NCBI GenBank assembly: GCA_009937615.1 | Contig: JAACFB010000011.1 | Span: forward strand, 6,446-70,445 | Direction of reading: 5' to 3' | Source of the DNA: Gammaproteobacteria bacterium | Lineage (GTDB): Bacteria; Pseudomonadota; Gammaproteobacteria; Steroidobacterales; Woeseiaceae | DNA length: 64,000 nucleotides | In this document: in pieces, positions 42,681-53,387 of the stretch | Numbering within the stretch: the first letter of the stretch is position 1 | Layout of the letters: every line of letters starts with the position of its first letter | Translations under genes and position numbers: made by a program | The notes under the pieces: generated by a model | The model's database searches: none | What the model was told of the DNA's origin: nothing | What the model saw: the letters and a program-made list of their open reading frames with translations, nothing else

Positions 42681-45600
42681 ATGATCAGCGAAACGTTCAT
42701 CAACCGCCCCAAGTTCGCGATGGTCGTTTCCATCGTGATTGTGCTGGCCGGACTGATTTCCATCCCGGTCCTGCCGGTCGCGGAATTCCCCGAGATATCG
42801 CCGCCGCAGGTTAGGGTCGCGACGAGTTTTCCGGGCGCCAATGCCGAGACGCTGCGCGATGCCGTGGCTGGGCCGATCGAACAGCGGGTAAACGGCGTGG
42901 AAGGCATGATCTACATGCAATCCAGTAGCGCGAACGACGGTAGCTATACACTCGACATCACGTTCGACTTCGGCATAGATCCGGATCAGGCGCAGGTGAA
43001 CGTGCAGAACCTGGTCAGCCAGGTCGAGCCCGTGCTGCCCGAGGAGGTCAAGCGTCAGGGGGTCAGCGTCAAGAAGCAGTCTACCGACATGCTGATGGTC
43101 GTAAACGTCTTCTCACCGAACGGGACCCTGGCGCCCGAATTCATTTCGAATTACAGCACGATCAATATCGCGGAGGTCGTCGCGCGCGTTAACGGCGTTT
43201 CCGAAGCGCTGAACATGGGCGCGCTCGATTACGGCATGCGTGTCTGGCTCGATCCCGATCGCATGGCAGGCCTGGGCCTGACAACCGACGATGTCGTTGC
43301 GGCAATCCGGGAGCAGAACGTCGACGTTGCGATCGGGCAGATCGGTGGTGCCCCGGTTCCCGAAGGGCAGCAGTTCCAGTACACATTGACGGTCCAGGGC
43401 CGGCTTTCCCGCATCGAGGATTTTGAACGTATCGTGATTCGCGCAGGCGGGGATGCCCGGGTCGTATACCTGAGCGACATCGCGCGATTGGAGCTTGGCT
43501 CACAAACGTATTCCTGGTTTGGTGAGCTTGACGGCCAGCCTTCCGCCGTTATCGCAATCTACAAGCTGCCTGACGCGAATGCGCTGGAAGTGGCGGGCGA
43601 CATCGCGTCAACGATGGAGTCCCTGGCGGCGGGCTTTCCGGACGATCTCGACTACGTAATCCTTTACGACACCACGCGCTACATTTCGATCTCGATCCAG
43701 CAGGTGGTCATCACGCTGATGCAGGCCGTGGCGCTCGTAATCTTCGTCGTTTTCCTGTTCCTCGGGAACTGGCGCGCAACGATTATTCCAACCGTGACGA
43801 TTCCGATTGCGCTGATCGGCACCTTTGCTTTCATGCTGGCAACGGGCATGAGCATCAACACGGTGTCGCTGTTTGGACTCATTCTTGCGATCGGCGTGGT
43901 CGTGGACGACGCGATTGTCGTCATCGAGAATACGGAGCGGCACGTCGGTGACGGGCTGTCCGGCAAGGAGGCCGCGCTCAAGACGATGCGGGAGGTCAGT
44001 GGGCCGGTTGTGGCGACGACGCTCGTGCTGCTCGCTGTTTTCGTGCCGGTCACGCTGATGCCGGGCATCAGCGGCGCGCTCTATAGGCAGTTCGCCATGA
44101 CGATATCAGTCGCGGTCGTGATCTCGTCGATCAACGCCCTGACACTGAGTCCGGCCCTGGCGGCGATGCTAATTGGAAAGCACAGGGAACCGAAGGGAGC
44201 GCTCGGCTGGTTCTCGCGCATGCTTGATCGCGCAACGGAAGGCTACCGGGGCATCGTCGGCCTCAGCGTCCGGCGACTCCCGGTCACGATCGGTGTCTAC
44301 CTGGCACTCGCGGCGGTCATTGGCCTGCTCCTGCTGCGCCTGCCGAGCGCGTTCGTGCCGGACGAAGACAAGGGCGCATTTTTCGTCGACACGCAGCTGC
44401 CGGATGGCGCATCGCTGCAGCGTACCGAGGACGTCACCAAGGACGTCAACCGGATCATCCTGTCCGACCCGGACGTGGATCACGTCGTCACGGTTTACGG
44501 CTACTCGATGCTCAAAGGCGTCAGCAGCAGCAACAGCGCTTTCTCGATAGTGATCCTCAAGCCATGGTCCGAGCGACCGCAGCGCTCGCAACACCAGATG
44601 GCCGTGCTGCGCCGTGTCCAGGGACAGCTGATGGCGATACCGGGCGCACTGGCGCTGGGATTCGCGTCGCCCGCGATTCCCGGTGTCGGCAACGTATCGG
44701 GCCTCGATTACCGGCTTCTCGACCGGCTCGGCGGCTCGCCCCAGCAGCTTGCGTCAATTGCGCGCACGATCGTAACCCGGGCCAACGAGGCGCCCGAGAT
44801 CGCGCGTGCCTTCACGAGTTTTCGTGCCGCCATCCCACTGATCGAAGTCGAGGTCGACAGGGTCAAGGCCAAGGACCAGGGTATTCCGCTGAACAGCGTG
44901 TTTGGCGCGATGCAGGCGATGCTCGGGTCCCTGTACATCAATGACTTCAATCTGTTTGGGCGCACGTTCCGGGTCATGGTGCAGGCGGAGGGTGAATTTC
45001 GAAATGACGAGTCGGACATCGGCCGCATATTCGTGCGCAATGTCAACGGTGAAATGGTGCCGCTATCCACGCTGATTTCGACCAGCCCGACGCTCGGGCC
45101 GGAGATGCTCAACCGGTATAACCTTTTCGGGTCCGCCACGATAAACATCATCCCGGCACCGGGATACAGCGAGTCGCAGGCGATCGATGCTATCGCGAAA
45201 ATATCCGCCGAATTGCCGGCCGGCTATAGCTATGAATGGTCCGGCATCACCTACCAGTCGCTCGCGGCCGGCAATGTCGCGCCGATCATATTCAGTCTCG
45301 CGCTGGTCTTCGTGTACCTGTTTCTCGTGGCACAGTACGAAAGCTGGTTGATCCCACTGGCGATACTGTTGTCGGTGCCGCTGGCCCTGGTTGGCGCATT
45401 CGCGGGCCTCACGGCCCTCGGTATTCCACTGAACATCTATGCGCAGATCGGACTCGTGCTGCTCATAGGGATATCGGCGAAGACCGCGATCCTGATCGTC
45501 GAATTTGCGAAGGAGCTTCGCGAGAAGGAGGGTAAATCGATTCTCGACGCGGCCGTCGGCGCTGCCGGGCTGCGTTTCAGAGCGGTACTGATGACCGCGT

Positions 45601-45803
45601 TCTCGTTCGTGCTTGGCGTCGTGCCGCTCGTTCTCGCGTCCGGCGCTGGTGCGGCGTCCCGTGTTTCGATGGGAGCGACCGTGTTCTTCGGCATGCTCGC
45701 CTCGGCGGTATTGGGCACGCTGATGGTGCCGGCGGCTTTTGCCGCCATACAGCGCTTCCGGGAGTGGGCAAAGGCATCGTTGAGCCATGCCGGTAAGACT
45801 TGA
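42681..45803 (+). CDS. RND (HAE1-type, AcrB/MexB-like) efflux permease
   Basis: 1040 aa starting [24 protein letters not shown], with 12-TM RND architecture. Confidence 0.93.
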   Translation: MISETFINRPKFAMVVSIVIVLAGLISIPVLPVAEFPEISPPQVRVATSFPGANAETLRDAVAGPIEQRVNGVEGMIYMQSSSANDGSYTLDITFDFGIDPDQAQVNVQNLVSQVEPVLPEEVKRQGVSVKKQSTDMLMVVNVFSPNGTLAPEFISNYSTINIAEVVARVNGVSEALNMGALDYGMRVWLDPDRMAGLGLTTDDVVAAIREQNVDVAIGQIGGAPVPEGQQFQYTLTVQGRLSRIEDFERIVIRAGGDARVVYLSDIARLELGSQTYSWFGELDGQPSAVIAIYKLPDANALEVAGDIASTMESLAAGFPDDLDYVILYDTTRYISISIQQVVITLMQAVALVIFVVFLFLGNWRATIIPTVTIPIALIGTFAFMLATGMSINTVSLFGLILAIGVVVDDAIVVIENTERHVGDGLSGKEAALKTMREVSGPVVATTLVLLAVFVPVTLMPGISGALYRQFAMTISVAVVISSINALTLSPALAAMLIGKHREPKGALGWFSRMLDRATEGYRGIVGLSVRRLPVTIGVYLALAAVIGLLLLRLPSAFVPDEDKGAFFVDTQLPDGASLQRTEDVTKDVNRIILSDPDVDHVVTVYGYSMLKGVSSSNSAFSIVILKPWSERPQRSQHQMAVLRRVQGQLMAIPGALALGFASPAIPGVGNVSGLDYRLLDRLGGSPQQLASIARTIVTRANEAPEIARAFTSFRAAIPLIEVEVDRVKAKDQGIPLNSVFGAMQAMLGSLYINDFNLFGRTFRVMVQAEGEFRNDESDIGRIFVRNVNGEMVPLSTLISTSPTLGPEMLNRYNLFGSATINIIPAPGYSESQAIDAIAKISAELPAGYSYEWSGITYQSLAAGNVAPIIFSLALVFVYLFLVAQYESWLIPLAILLSVPLALVGAFAGLTALGIPLNIYAQIGLVLLIGISAKTAILIVEFAKELREKEGKSILDAAVGAAGLRFRAVLMTAFSFVLGVVPLVLASGAGAASRVSMGATVFFGMLASAVLGTLMVPAAFAAIQRFREWAKASLSHAGKT

Positions 45804-46299
45804 GCGCCCAACGCTTCGCCGCGCGGATGAATTCCTGCAGGCAGTGCGGCGCAGCCGCAAGCTGCATCGGGGCCTGGTATCGGCGCCCGACAGCGCTGAC
45901 AGGTTTTTGCATTATGTAAAAACGGCCAAGCGAAAGAGCCATGAAGGGTTCCTGGTCGTGGAGGCGTCATCAGGCGGTATCGCCGGTGTCGTGAACATCA
46001 ATGAAATCGTTCGCGGCAACTTTCAATCGGCCTACCTCGGCTACTATGCGCTGGAACCGCTGGCGGGTTCTGGACTGATGCGCCAGGGCCTCGCGCTGGC
46101 GATCGAGTACTCTTTCAAGCAGCTGCGCCTGCACCGGCTCGAGGCCAACATACAGCCCGGCAATCAGCGCTCGATCGACCTGGTCAAAGGGCTGGGATTC
46201 CGTCTCGAGGGGTTTTCGCGACGCTACCTGAAGATATCGGGCCGCTGGCGCGATCATGAGCGCTGGGCCATCCTGGCTGAAGAGTGGCGGCGGTCATGA
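45787..46299 (+). CDS. GNAT N-acetyltransferase (RimJ/RimL-like)
   Basis: 170 aa with the GNAT core ([28 protein letters not shown]). Its start lies 17 nt inside the RND 3' end. Confidence 0.78.
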   Translation: MPVRLERPTLRRADEFLQAVRRSRKLHRGLVSAPDSADRFLHYVKTAKRKSHEGFLVVEASSGGIAGVVNINEIVRGNFQSAYLGYYALEPLAGSGLMRQGLALAIEYSFKQLRLHRLEANIQPGNQRSIDLVKGLGFRLEGFSRRYLKISGRWRDHERWAILAEEWRRS

Positions 46300-46829
46300 G
46301 CGGCACATCCCCGGAGGATCCGGGCACCGGCGCACCGACGATCCGCCCGGGGGAATCGGCAGACCTGGCTGCGCTGGTCCGGATTTACAACCATTACATC
46401 ACCGAGACGCCGATTACATTCGATACGGAGTCCTATTCGATCGGCGCCCGCACCCAGTGGTTTACCCAATTCGCGGCAACGGGCCCTTACCGGCTTCTTG
46501 TCGCCGAACTCGACCGAGACGTCATCGGCTATGCGTCGAGCGTGCGGTTCAAGCCGAAGCCTGCGTATGCCACGTCCGTGGAAACCACGGTCTATATTGA
46601 CCCTCGCTACCTGGGTCGCGGATTCGGGCGGATGCTCTACGGCGCCTTGCTCGACGAACTCAAAGCCGAGCCAGGCTTGCATCGGGCATACGGAGGAGTA
46701 GCGTTACCGAACGAAGCGTCGGTGACGCTGCACAAGGAGCTGGGGTTCCAGCAGGTGGCGATCTACACGGAGGTCGGTTTCAAGTTCGGCAGGTATTGGA
46801 ACGTGGCCTGGTTCGAAAAAGAGGTATAG
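46296..46829 (+). CDS. GNAT N-acetyltransferase, phosphinothricin/methionine-sulfoximine acetyltransferase-like
   Basis: The ATG at 46296 overlaps the upstream TGA (ATGA); the track start is 46284. PAT-like motifs are IYNHYITETPITFDTE, YLGRGFGRMLY and LHKELGFQQV. Confidence 0.72.
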   Translation: MSGTSPEDPGTGAPTIRPGESADLAALVRIYNHYITETPITFDTESYSIGARTQWFTQFAATGPYRLLVAELDRDVIGYASSVRFKPKPAYATSVETTVYIDPRYLGRGFGRMLYGALLDELKAEPGLHRAYGGVALPNEASVTLHKELGFQQVAIYTEVGFKFGRYWNVAWFEKEV

Positions 46830-46834
46830 CAACG

Positions 46835-47395
46835 ATGCTGGAAGCGAATCACTGCACGATGGAAGAGCTCGCAGAGAGCCTCGATCATATCCTGGCCTCC
46901 CCAGCCAATGCGGGTGCGCTGCGCATGATCGTGCGCCGCCCGGCCGTCGATCAGCGCGAATCACTCACCGGGGCACGACTGGATATCGAAGAGGGGCTCG
47001 TTGGCGACAACTGGAAAGCGCGCGGCAGCCGCCACATGCCCGATGGCGCCGCCGATCCGGACATGCAGCTCAACATCATGAATGCGCGGGTTGCCGAGGC
47101 GGTTGCGAGAGACCCAGAGCGCATGCCGCTCGCGGGCGACCAGCTCTATCTCGATCTCGACCTGAGCCCGGAGAACCTTCCGCCCGGCACAAAATTGGCG
47201 CTCGGCGACGCCGTCGTCGAGGTGACCGAGCCGCCGCACACAGGGTGCAAGAAATTCGCGGCGCGCTTCGGCAACGACGCGATTATCTTCGTCAATTCGG
47301 GCAAGGGCAAAAAGCTCAATTTCCGCGGTATCAACGCAAAAGTCGTCAAGTCCGGCGATATCAGGGTCGGGGACATCGCCCAAAAGATCAGTTAA
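46835..47395 (+). CDS. MOSC domain-containing protein
   Basis: The ATG at 46835 is 5 nt after the upstream stop. The family call is my recollection of MOSC-domain proteins; the sequence ends with a Cys-containing segment (EPPHTGCKKF). Confidence 0.7.
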   Translation: MLEANHCTMEELAESLDHILASPANAGALRMIVRRPAVDQRESLTGARLDIEEGLVGDNWKARGSRHMPDGAADPDMQLNIMNARVAEAVARDPERMPLAGDQLYLDLDLSPENLPPGTKLALGDAVVEVTEPPHTGCKKFAARFGNDAIIFVNSGKGKKLNFRGINAKVVKSGDIRVGDIAQKIS

Positions 47396-48971
47396 GCGAA
47401 TTCGAGCGGCCGAATGTCTCGGCGTGCCATTCCTCAAACAGGCCGCACAGCTCCGCTTCGGGCGCGGGCTTGGAAAGCACCTCATCGCCTAGCTCCTGAA
47501 CACGAAATGACGGTGCTTCAAAGCGCGGCCAATCGGGCGTCGAGCTGCCATTCGGGTTCCCGGTTGCCGCGAACCGAACCCAGTACTGCTGCACGATCTC
47601 CTCCAGCGCGAGGTCCGTCTCGTTCGTGGTCATGTAGGCATCGTGCATGCCGAACACGTAGGGGTACTCGGAACCGTGATAGGCGCCAAGAGCCTGTCCC
47701 ACCTCATCTTCGCGGGTACGCGTAAAGTGATACATCCAGGCGTCATGCCTGTTCGCCGTCATCGTAGCGGCCACGTGTTGGGAGGCACAGAGCATCGAAG
47801 CCGCCGTTATGAGACGATCCATGGCCCGCCGCGGGTCCGCTTCACTGCGCACTATCTCGAGGGCAGCCTCATAGTCGATGCCTTCGATGAGGTCCGCACC
47901 TTTTCGGCTCACATCGTCCCAGGTCGTGTCCTCCGCCGCCGAGCTGTAATACTCGTGGTAGTTGCTGCCGAGAATCAACTGCCGCCCGGCAAAGCCCTCC
48001 GTGTGCACGCTCTCCCAGGTTGAACGAAACAGCAACTGTCCATCAATCGCCGGCGAGTGGTAGTAGTCGGGGTATGTCGCCGTATACACATCGAGAATCT
48101 GCTCGGCCGGAACGGCACGCATCGCTGCCAGGCTGTTGTCGGCGGGAATCCCCAGTGCCTCGGCAAGACCAAGGCCCCGTCGTTGCTCGTCATCGAGGTC
48201 CGACATTCGCTTGATCCCGAAGCCTGCCGAGCTCTGCAGGATGCCGCGGTGAAAAAGCCCGTCTGCTGCCGGTGCGAACATCAGCGTGAGAATATTCGCC
48301 GCGCCCGCCGATTCGCCGAACAGCGTAACCCGCCCCGGATCGCCGCCGAACTTCTCGACGTTGTCCCGAACCCACTCGAGCGATGCGACCAGGTCCCAAT
48401 AGCCGAAATTGGCTCGCGGTTCATTGTCCGGCAACTCCGGGTGCGACAGGAAGCCGAATACTCCCTGGCGGTAGGCCACTGACACCACCACGACATCTTC
48501 CTGCGCCAGCTTGTCGCCGTGATAGTTTTTTTCGTATGACCAGCCGCTCTTGTTGCTGCCGCCGTGAATCCAGACCATGACGGGCAGCTTCGCGTCGGGC
48601 TCCAAAGTTGGTGTCCAGACATTCAGGTACAGGCAGTCCTCGCTGATCTCGAGGTCTTCGTAGTAGTCGGGTGAAGCGCCAAACTGTTCCGCCATCCAGC
48701 GGTACCAATCGAGGATCCGCATGGTCTGCATGCAGGCCGGGGCAAATTCCCTGACCGGGCGTTCTTTAAGCTTCGTCACCACGGGCTGCGGAGCGCGCCA
48801 GCGCAGTGTGCCAACCGGCGGTTCGGCAAACGGCACGCCCAGGAATGCCGCTACCTTGCCGTCCTCGATGTATTTGCCGGCCAGCTTTTCGCCATTGACG
48901 CTGACAGCCGGCGATGATGAACCACAGCCGGTCAGCAGGATGAAGGTCAGGACAAGAGCGATGAAGCGCAT
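47388..48971 (-). CDS. type-B carboxylesterase/lipase family lipoprotein (cholinesterase-like fold)
   Basis: 527 aa with a lipobox (LLTGC), EDCLYLNVW, and GGDPGRVTLFGESAGA containing the GESAG nucleophile. Confidence 0.88.
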   Translation of the reverse strand: MRFIALVLTFILLTGCGSSSPAVSVNGEKLAGKYIEDGKVAAFLGVPFAEPPVGTLRWRAPQPVVTKLKERPVREFAPACMQTMRILDWYRWMAEQFGASPDYYEDLEISEDCLYLNVWTPTLEPDAKLPVMVWIHGGSNKSGWSYEKNYHGDKLAQEDVVVVSVAYRQGVFGFLSHPELPDNEPRANFGYWDLVASLEWVRDNVEKFGGDPGRVTLFGESAGAANILTLMFAPAADGLFHRGILQSSAGFGIKRMSDLDDEQRRGLGLAEALGIPADNSLAAMRAVPAEQILDVYTATYPDYYHSPAIDGQLLFRSTWESVHTEGFAGRQLILGSNYHEYYSSAAEDTTWDDVSRKGADLIEGIDYEAALEIVRSEADPRRAMDRLITAASMLCASQHVAATMTANRHDAWMYHFTRTREDEVGQALGAYHGSEYPYVFGMHDAYMTTNETDLALEEIVQQYWVRFAATGNPNGSSTPDWPRFEAPSFRVQELGDEVLSKPAPEAELCGLFEEWHAETFGRSNSLN

Positions 48972-48977
48972 TCGGGC

Positions 48978-50504
48978 TTACCGTATATCCGCTTTTAGCG
49001 ACTTAACGAGCGAGATCGTCATCATGACCCCGACGGCCAGTATCGGCAGGGAGACGACGAGCAAAATTACCTGCAAAGCGCGTAATGCGCCACCCGGATT
49101 TTCCGCATAGCGACCGATAAAAATGAGGGTAATCGGCATGATTGCCAGGGCAAAGGCCCAGAATACCCGGTGCCAGCGTGCGGGATCATCACCGGCCTTG
49201 AGATGCAGGGTGGCACTCGAGGCCAGTGTGTACGATGCGGAGTCATAGGTCGTGGCCGCGAAGATGATCGAGACGAAGGCAAACACCGTAATGACAAGCG
49301 GCGCGAGCGGCAGCGTCTCGAGTGTCGCGACAATCGCTGAGCTGCCGCTTAACGTATTGATTATATTGATAAAATCAAGAGCGCCGGTCAGCTGAAGAAA
49401 CAATGCATAGTTGCCGAGAACCATGTAGAAAATCCAGCTGCCCAGCGAACCGAAAATCAGCATTCCGGAGATGATCTGCCGGATCGTTCGGCCGCGGGAA
49501 ATCCGCGTAATGAACAGGCCGACATAAGGCGCGAACGCTATCCACCAGGCCCAGTAGAAAATGGTCCAGCTCTCGACGAATCCAGACTCGGTGAAGGGAT
49601 CGGTCCAGAAATTCATGCGGAAGAAATTCTGGGTCATGAGGCCGACGCCGTTCAGGCTCGTCTTGACGAGAAATATCGTCGGACCAACGATCAGCACGAA
49701 CAGCAGCAGCCCCAGCGCCAGATACATGTTGATGTCACTCAGGCGCTTGATGCCTTTCCGCAAACCCAGCCAGACGCTGAAAACAAACAGGCTGACGCAC
49801 AACAGCATTACGCCGACCTCGAGTTCAAAACCCGACTCTATGTCGAGCAGCCAGCCGAGACAGGCCGCGATCATCGGTGCCGAAAAACCAAGGCCCGTAG
49901 ACGCACCGCCGATCAAAGCGATCATGAACAGGAAGTCGATAAACCGCGCAACCAGGCCGTGGTCGTTGTCCTTCAAAAACCAGTTGCAGCTGCTGCTGAA
50001 GCGCAATATGTCGAGCTTGCGCACGTAATACGGATAGCCGATCGCTATCGTGGGCAGGCAATAGAACGCCCAGGCCGTAAAGCCCCAGTGAAACAACCCG
50101 TACGTCGACGCCCACTCGGTGGCCTCGGTACTGCGCGGCTCCACGCCGAACGGCGGGTTCTCGTAATAATAGGACCACTCGATGGCGCACCAGTACATGA
50201 GGCCCGCACCGACGCCGGCGCAAAACAGCATTGCGATCCAGCTCAGGGTCGGAAACTCGGGCTCTTCGTGAGGCTCGCCGAGCTTGACGTGACCGAAGCG
50301 ACTGGCCGCGAGCCAGAGAAGAAAACCAATAGCGGCGACGCTCGCCAGCAGGTACAGAATGCCGAATTCATTGGCAACATAGTCGTACAGGTTCTCGAGC
50401 AGCGGGCCGGCGGTTTCGGCGGTTAATGCCAGCGGGATGCACACGACGAGAATAATTGCGACGCAAGTTCCGAAAGTCGGCCAGTCGATCCTGCGCTGTT
50501 CCAT
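48978..50504 (-). CDS. BCCT family (betaine/carnitine/choline) transporter
   Basis: 508 aa with 12 TM helices. The N-terminal FGHVKLGEPHEEPEFPTLSWIAMLFCAGVGAGLMYW pattern is characteristic of BCCT carriers. Confidence 0.88.
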   Translation of the reverse strand: MEQRRIDWPTFGTCVAIILVVCIPLALTAETAGPLLENLYDYVANEFGILYLLASVAAIGFLLWLAASRFGHVKLGEPHEEPEFPTLSWIAMLFCAGVGAGLMYWCAIEWSYYYENPPFGVEPRSTEATEWASTYGLFHWGFTAWAFYCLPTIAIGYPYYVRKLDILRFSSSCNWFLKDNDHGLVARFIDFLFMIALIGGASTGLGFSAPMIAACLGWLLDIESGFELEVGVMLLCVSLFVFSVWLGLRKGIKRLSDINMYLALGLLLFVLIVGPTIFLVKTSLNGVGLMTQNFFRMNFWTDPFTESGFVESWTIFYWAWWIAFAPYVGLFITRISRGRTIRQIISGMLIFGSLGSWIFYMVLGNYALFLQLTGALDFINIINTLSGSSAIVATLETLPLAPLVITVFAFVSIIFAATTYDSASYTLASSATLHLKAGDDPARWHRVFWAFALAIMPITLIFIGRYAENPGGALRALQVILLVVSLPILAVGVMMTISLVKSLKADIR

Positions 50505-50519
50505 GCGTGTCCCCGTCGT

Positions 50520-51506
50520 TTAATCGATTGTGAGAATGACCGCGCCGCGAACAGTACCCTGTTCGATGAGCTCATTCGCCGTTGCAATGTCGTCAAGCGG
50601 CATCGAGGCTGCCACACGATGCTGCAGCCGGCCCTCCCGCAGTGCGGTGTCGATGTCAGCGATCGCACGTTGCTTGGCAGACTCCGGCATCGCGTAAACG
50701 ATGACAAAGCGAAGCGCGATATCCTGGTACATCATTTGAAAAAACGGCAGTTTCGGCTCTGGAACCTGGGTGGATGAGTACGTCGCTATCGTACCGCCGG
50801 TCCGCAGCACCTCCAGGGATACCGGGAGGTTTTCGCCAAATTCGACGTCGATGATTCGATCGACGCGCTCCCCCTGCGTCGCTGCCAGTATGTCCGCCGC
50901 GAAACTCCTGCTGCGATGATCGACGACGGACCCGGCTCCTGCAGAGCCGCAGGCCTCGGCGTCGGAATCGTTGCTTGCCGTTGCAACAACAGTTGCGCCC
51001 GCGTTGTTTGCCCACTGAATGGCGTAATGTCCCACGCGGCCCGCCCCGCCGGTGATCAACAAGGTTTGCCCGGTGACGTCGCCATCGGCGAAAACGCAGC
51101 GATGGGCCGTCATTGCCGGGATGCCCAGGCAGGCGCCGATGTCGAAGCCTGCGCCGCCGGAAAGAATCGGCGCGCGGGCGCTGTCGATTGCGACGTACTG
51201 CGCAGCGGTGCCAAAACGGCGGGCAAACTGGGCCTGGTAAACCCACACGCGCTCGCCGACACGGCGCTCATCGACGCCGTCACCCACGGCCTCTATGATT
51301 CCGGCGCCGTCGCTGTTTGGAATGACGAAGCCATCGTCCAGCAGATTCGGAAACGAGCCAGCGCGCTTTTTGACATCCGACGGGTTGACGCCGCTGGTAT
51401 GCAGGCGCACGAGTACCTCGCCGGGGGCCGCCGCTGGCGTTTCGACCTGACCGATCTGCAGGACCTCACTGGCCGGCCCGAATTGATCAAAGTAAGCCGC
51501 GCGCAA
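50520..51506 (-). CDS. NADPH:quinone reductase / zinc-independent MDR oxidoreductase
   Basis: 328 aa with a TTG start, a GroES-like N-terminal domain and the Rossmann motif ITGGAGRVGHYAIQ. Confidence 0.8.
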   Translation of the reverse strand: MRAAYFDQFGPASEVLQIGQVETPAAAPGEVLVRLHTSGVNPSDVKKRAGSFPNLLDDGFVIPNSDGAGIIEAVGDGVDERRVGERVWVYQAQFARRFGTAAQYVAIDSARAPILSGGAGFDIGACLGIPAMTAHRCVFADGDVTGQTLLITGGAGRVGHYAIQWANNAGATVVATASNDSDAEACGSAGAGSVVDHRSRSFAADILAATQGERVDRIIDVEFGENLPVSLEVLRTGGTIATYSSTQVPEPKLPFFQMMYQDIALRFVIVYAMPESAKQRAIADIDTALREGRLQHRVAASMPLDDIATANELIEQGTVRGAVILTID

Positions 51507-51546
51507 AGATCACCTGCATGTTGTCGGTTTCGGAGAGAGCATAAGA

Positions 51547-52164
51547 GTGGCCGGTGATATGGATATCAAAGCATCTAGTCGCGTATTGTTGCGTATCATG
51601 AACGAAGAAAAAACCGATGTCTTGCGGCTGCCCAAAAAGCACGCGAGCAAAGTCCGTGAAAAACCCACGCCGGCCGACGCCAGGCGGCTGATCGAGTCGC
51701 AGTCACTGCGTGATGCAATCGCTGCCGGCCTGATAGTGATTGTTCTGTTCAGCATTTTCTGGGCGATGCTGTCCTCGCTGGCCAATCGCATATTCCCGTG
51801 GATGACGTTGCTGCTTGGAATGCTCGTCGGGCTGGCCGTACGGCGGGCCGGGCGGGGACTGGACTGGCGCTTTCCGGTCGTTGCGGCCGTGCTGGCCGTA
51901 GCGGGCTCGCTGGCAGGCAATGTCGTTGTTGCCGCAGCCTTTACGGCGCCGGTACTCGAAACGTCGACGCTCAACGTGCTGCGCAGTCTTACGGCGATGA
52001 CCTGGCCCGTGTTCTTTGCCGAGGTCCTGACCCCGGCCGATACGGTCTTCGCCCTGTTCGCGGCAGCGATCGCGGCTTTCTACGCCAATCGAAGGCTGAA
52101 GCGGACGGAGGTTCTCGCACTGCGAAACTGGCACAAGCATGGAAACGGCAGCGACGCTGAATGA
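51547..52164 (+). CDS. hypothetical inner-membrane protein (basic N-terminal tail plus 4-5 TM helices)
   Basis: Supported by ORF length and clear hydrophobic helices. I recognise no family, and the start is uncertain. Confidence 0.5.
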   Translation: MAGDMDIKASSRVLLRIMNEEKTDVLRLPKKHASKVREKPTPADARRLIESQSLRDAIAAGLIVIVLFSIFWAMLSSLANRIFPWMTLLLGMLVGLAVRRAGRGLDWRFPVVAAVLAVAGSLAGNVVVAAAFTAPVLETSTLNVLRSLTAMTWPVFFAEVLTPADTVFALFAAAIAAFYANRRLKRTEVLALRNWHKHGNGSDAE

Positions 52165-52171
52165 GCGTGGT

Positions 52172-53275
52172 CTATATGGGCATCAACAGCGTATTGTCGT
52201 TCGTCACGGCTTTCCCGGCGAGGGCCCCGAGCTGTCTCGATACCAGCGTCTCGAGGTCATTGACTGCGCTGATAATGCCGAGAAAGAAAGGTGGCTCGCG
52301 GCGCAACAATGACCAGTCGCCGGCCTCGATGATGCGCACGAGGTGCGTGATGTTGCTGCGAATCGCCTCGATGTAAGGATTCTGGCCGTCGTATAACACC
52401 TCGATGTACCGATATGCACGATTGAATTTGCGCTGCAGGCGTTCGCGCATGACCTGCTGGTAGAACGCCGGCGTCTTGGCCAACAGATCCTTGCCCGACT
52501 TGTAGCGGACCATGTATTGCCCGGGTGTTGAATTTTCAACCGCAACACCGCCAACGACGAACTCCTGGTACAGCCGGTCGCGACACTTCTCGAGGTAGCA
52601 GCGATCGGCCATCTGGGCAATGAGGTCGGCCGTCCCGATCAGGTGACCGGTGATAATGTCGCGGGGGTCGTCGAGCTCAATCTTGTCGAGGTCCAGTTCA
52701 TAGCCGGTAAAATGAACGATCATGCTGCTTACCGCGACATCTTTGGACAGGCCGATCTCCGGCAGGTACCGGCGCAGAAAATCCGCGCTGCGCGAAACGT
52801 GACACAGCGTGAACTGAGCGCCATTGGAGAAATCCCGATCTCGCTCTTTGTGGCGTATATAGCCTGAGTCGTGGAACAAAGACGTTACGATGGCCATCTG
52901 GGCGCGCCGTGCGCCGAGACGCTCGCTGGGGCCCACGCTGCGCTCATAACCCGCCACGAGGCGCGCCAGGGCGAGCGTCATGTCGAGCGTATGCTGTACG
53001 TCGTGATAGGTCGTATCGCAGCCCCGGTAGCCCGGGAAGCGCCCCGTGAACAGTCGCTCGAAATCGTAAAAGGCGAGCCAAAGCTTGTCGAAAGATGCGC
53101 CGGGAAAGGTTTCGCTGAACAGTTCGTGCACCGCGTCGCGCACCGCGGCAGGGTCACTGACGTTCACAGTATTGGTGACGTCGTGATCATTACGGCGATC
53201 CTGGGACATCACTCGACGCTTGCTGCCTGCGCTTCCCTGGACGCCGGTCGCCGACCTGTCACCGCTATTCGTCAA
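52172..53275 (-). CDS. HD-domain (metal-dependent phosphohydrolase-like) protein
   Basis: 367 aa. The H...HD...D pattern appears as YHDVQH, LFHDSGY and GTADL. The N-terminal ~40 aa are low-complexity, and an internal Met at codon 23 is a possible start. Confidence 0.6.
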   Translation of the reverse strand: MTNSGDRSATGVQGSAGSKRRVMSQDRRNDHDVTNTVNVSDPAAVRDAVHELFSETFPGASFDKLWLAFYDFERLFTGRFPGYRGCDTTYHDVQHTLDMTLALARLVAGYERSVGPSERLGARRAQMAIVTSLFHDSGYIRHKERDRDFSNGAQFTLCHVSRSADFLRRYLPEIGLSKDVAVSSMIVHFTGYELDLDKIELDDPRDIITGHLIGTADLIAQMADRCYLEKCRDRLYQEFVVGGVAVENSTPGQYMVRYKSGKDLLAKTPAFYQQVMRERLQRKFNRAYRYIEVLYDGQNPYIEAIRSNITHLVRIIEAGDWSLLRREPPFFLGIISAVNDLETLVSRQLGALAGKAVTNDNTLLMPI

Positions 53276-53387
53276 CCTCGCCCCCGGGATGAGACCTTAT
53301 GCCTGCCAATGATACACCGACCTCGGCTACCGCACCGGACAATAACACCTAATTTGTCATGAATTTGGACGCGGTGGCCGGTCTCTG

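Noticed and set aside
41841-42920. 359-aa minus-strand ORF
   Set aside because: It is antisense to the RND adaptor gene and the pump 5' end, an artefact.
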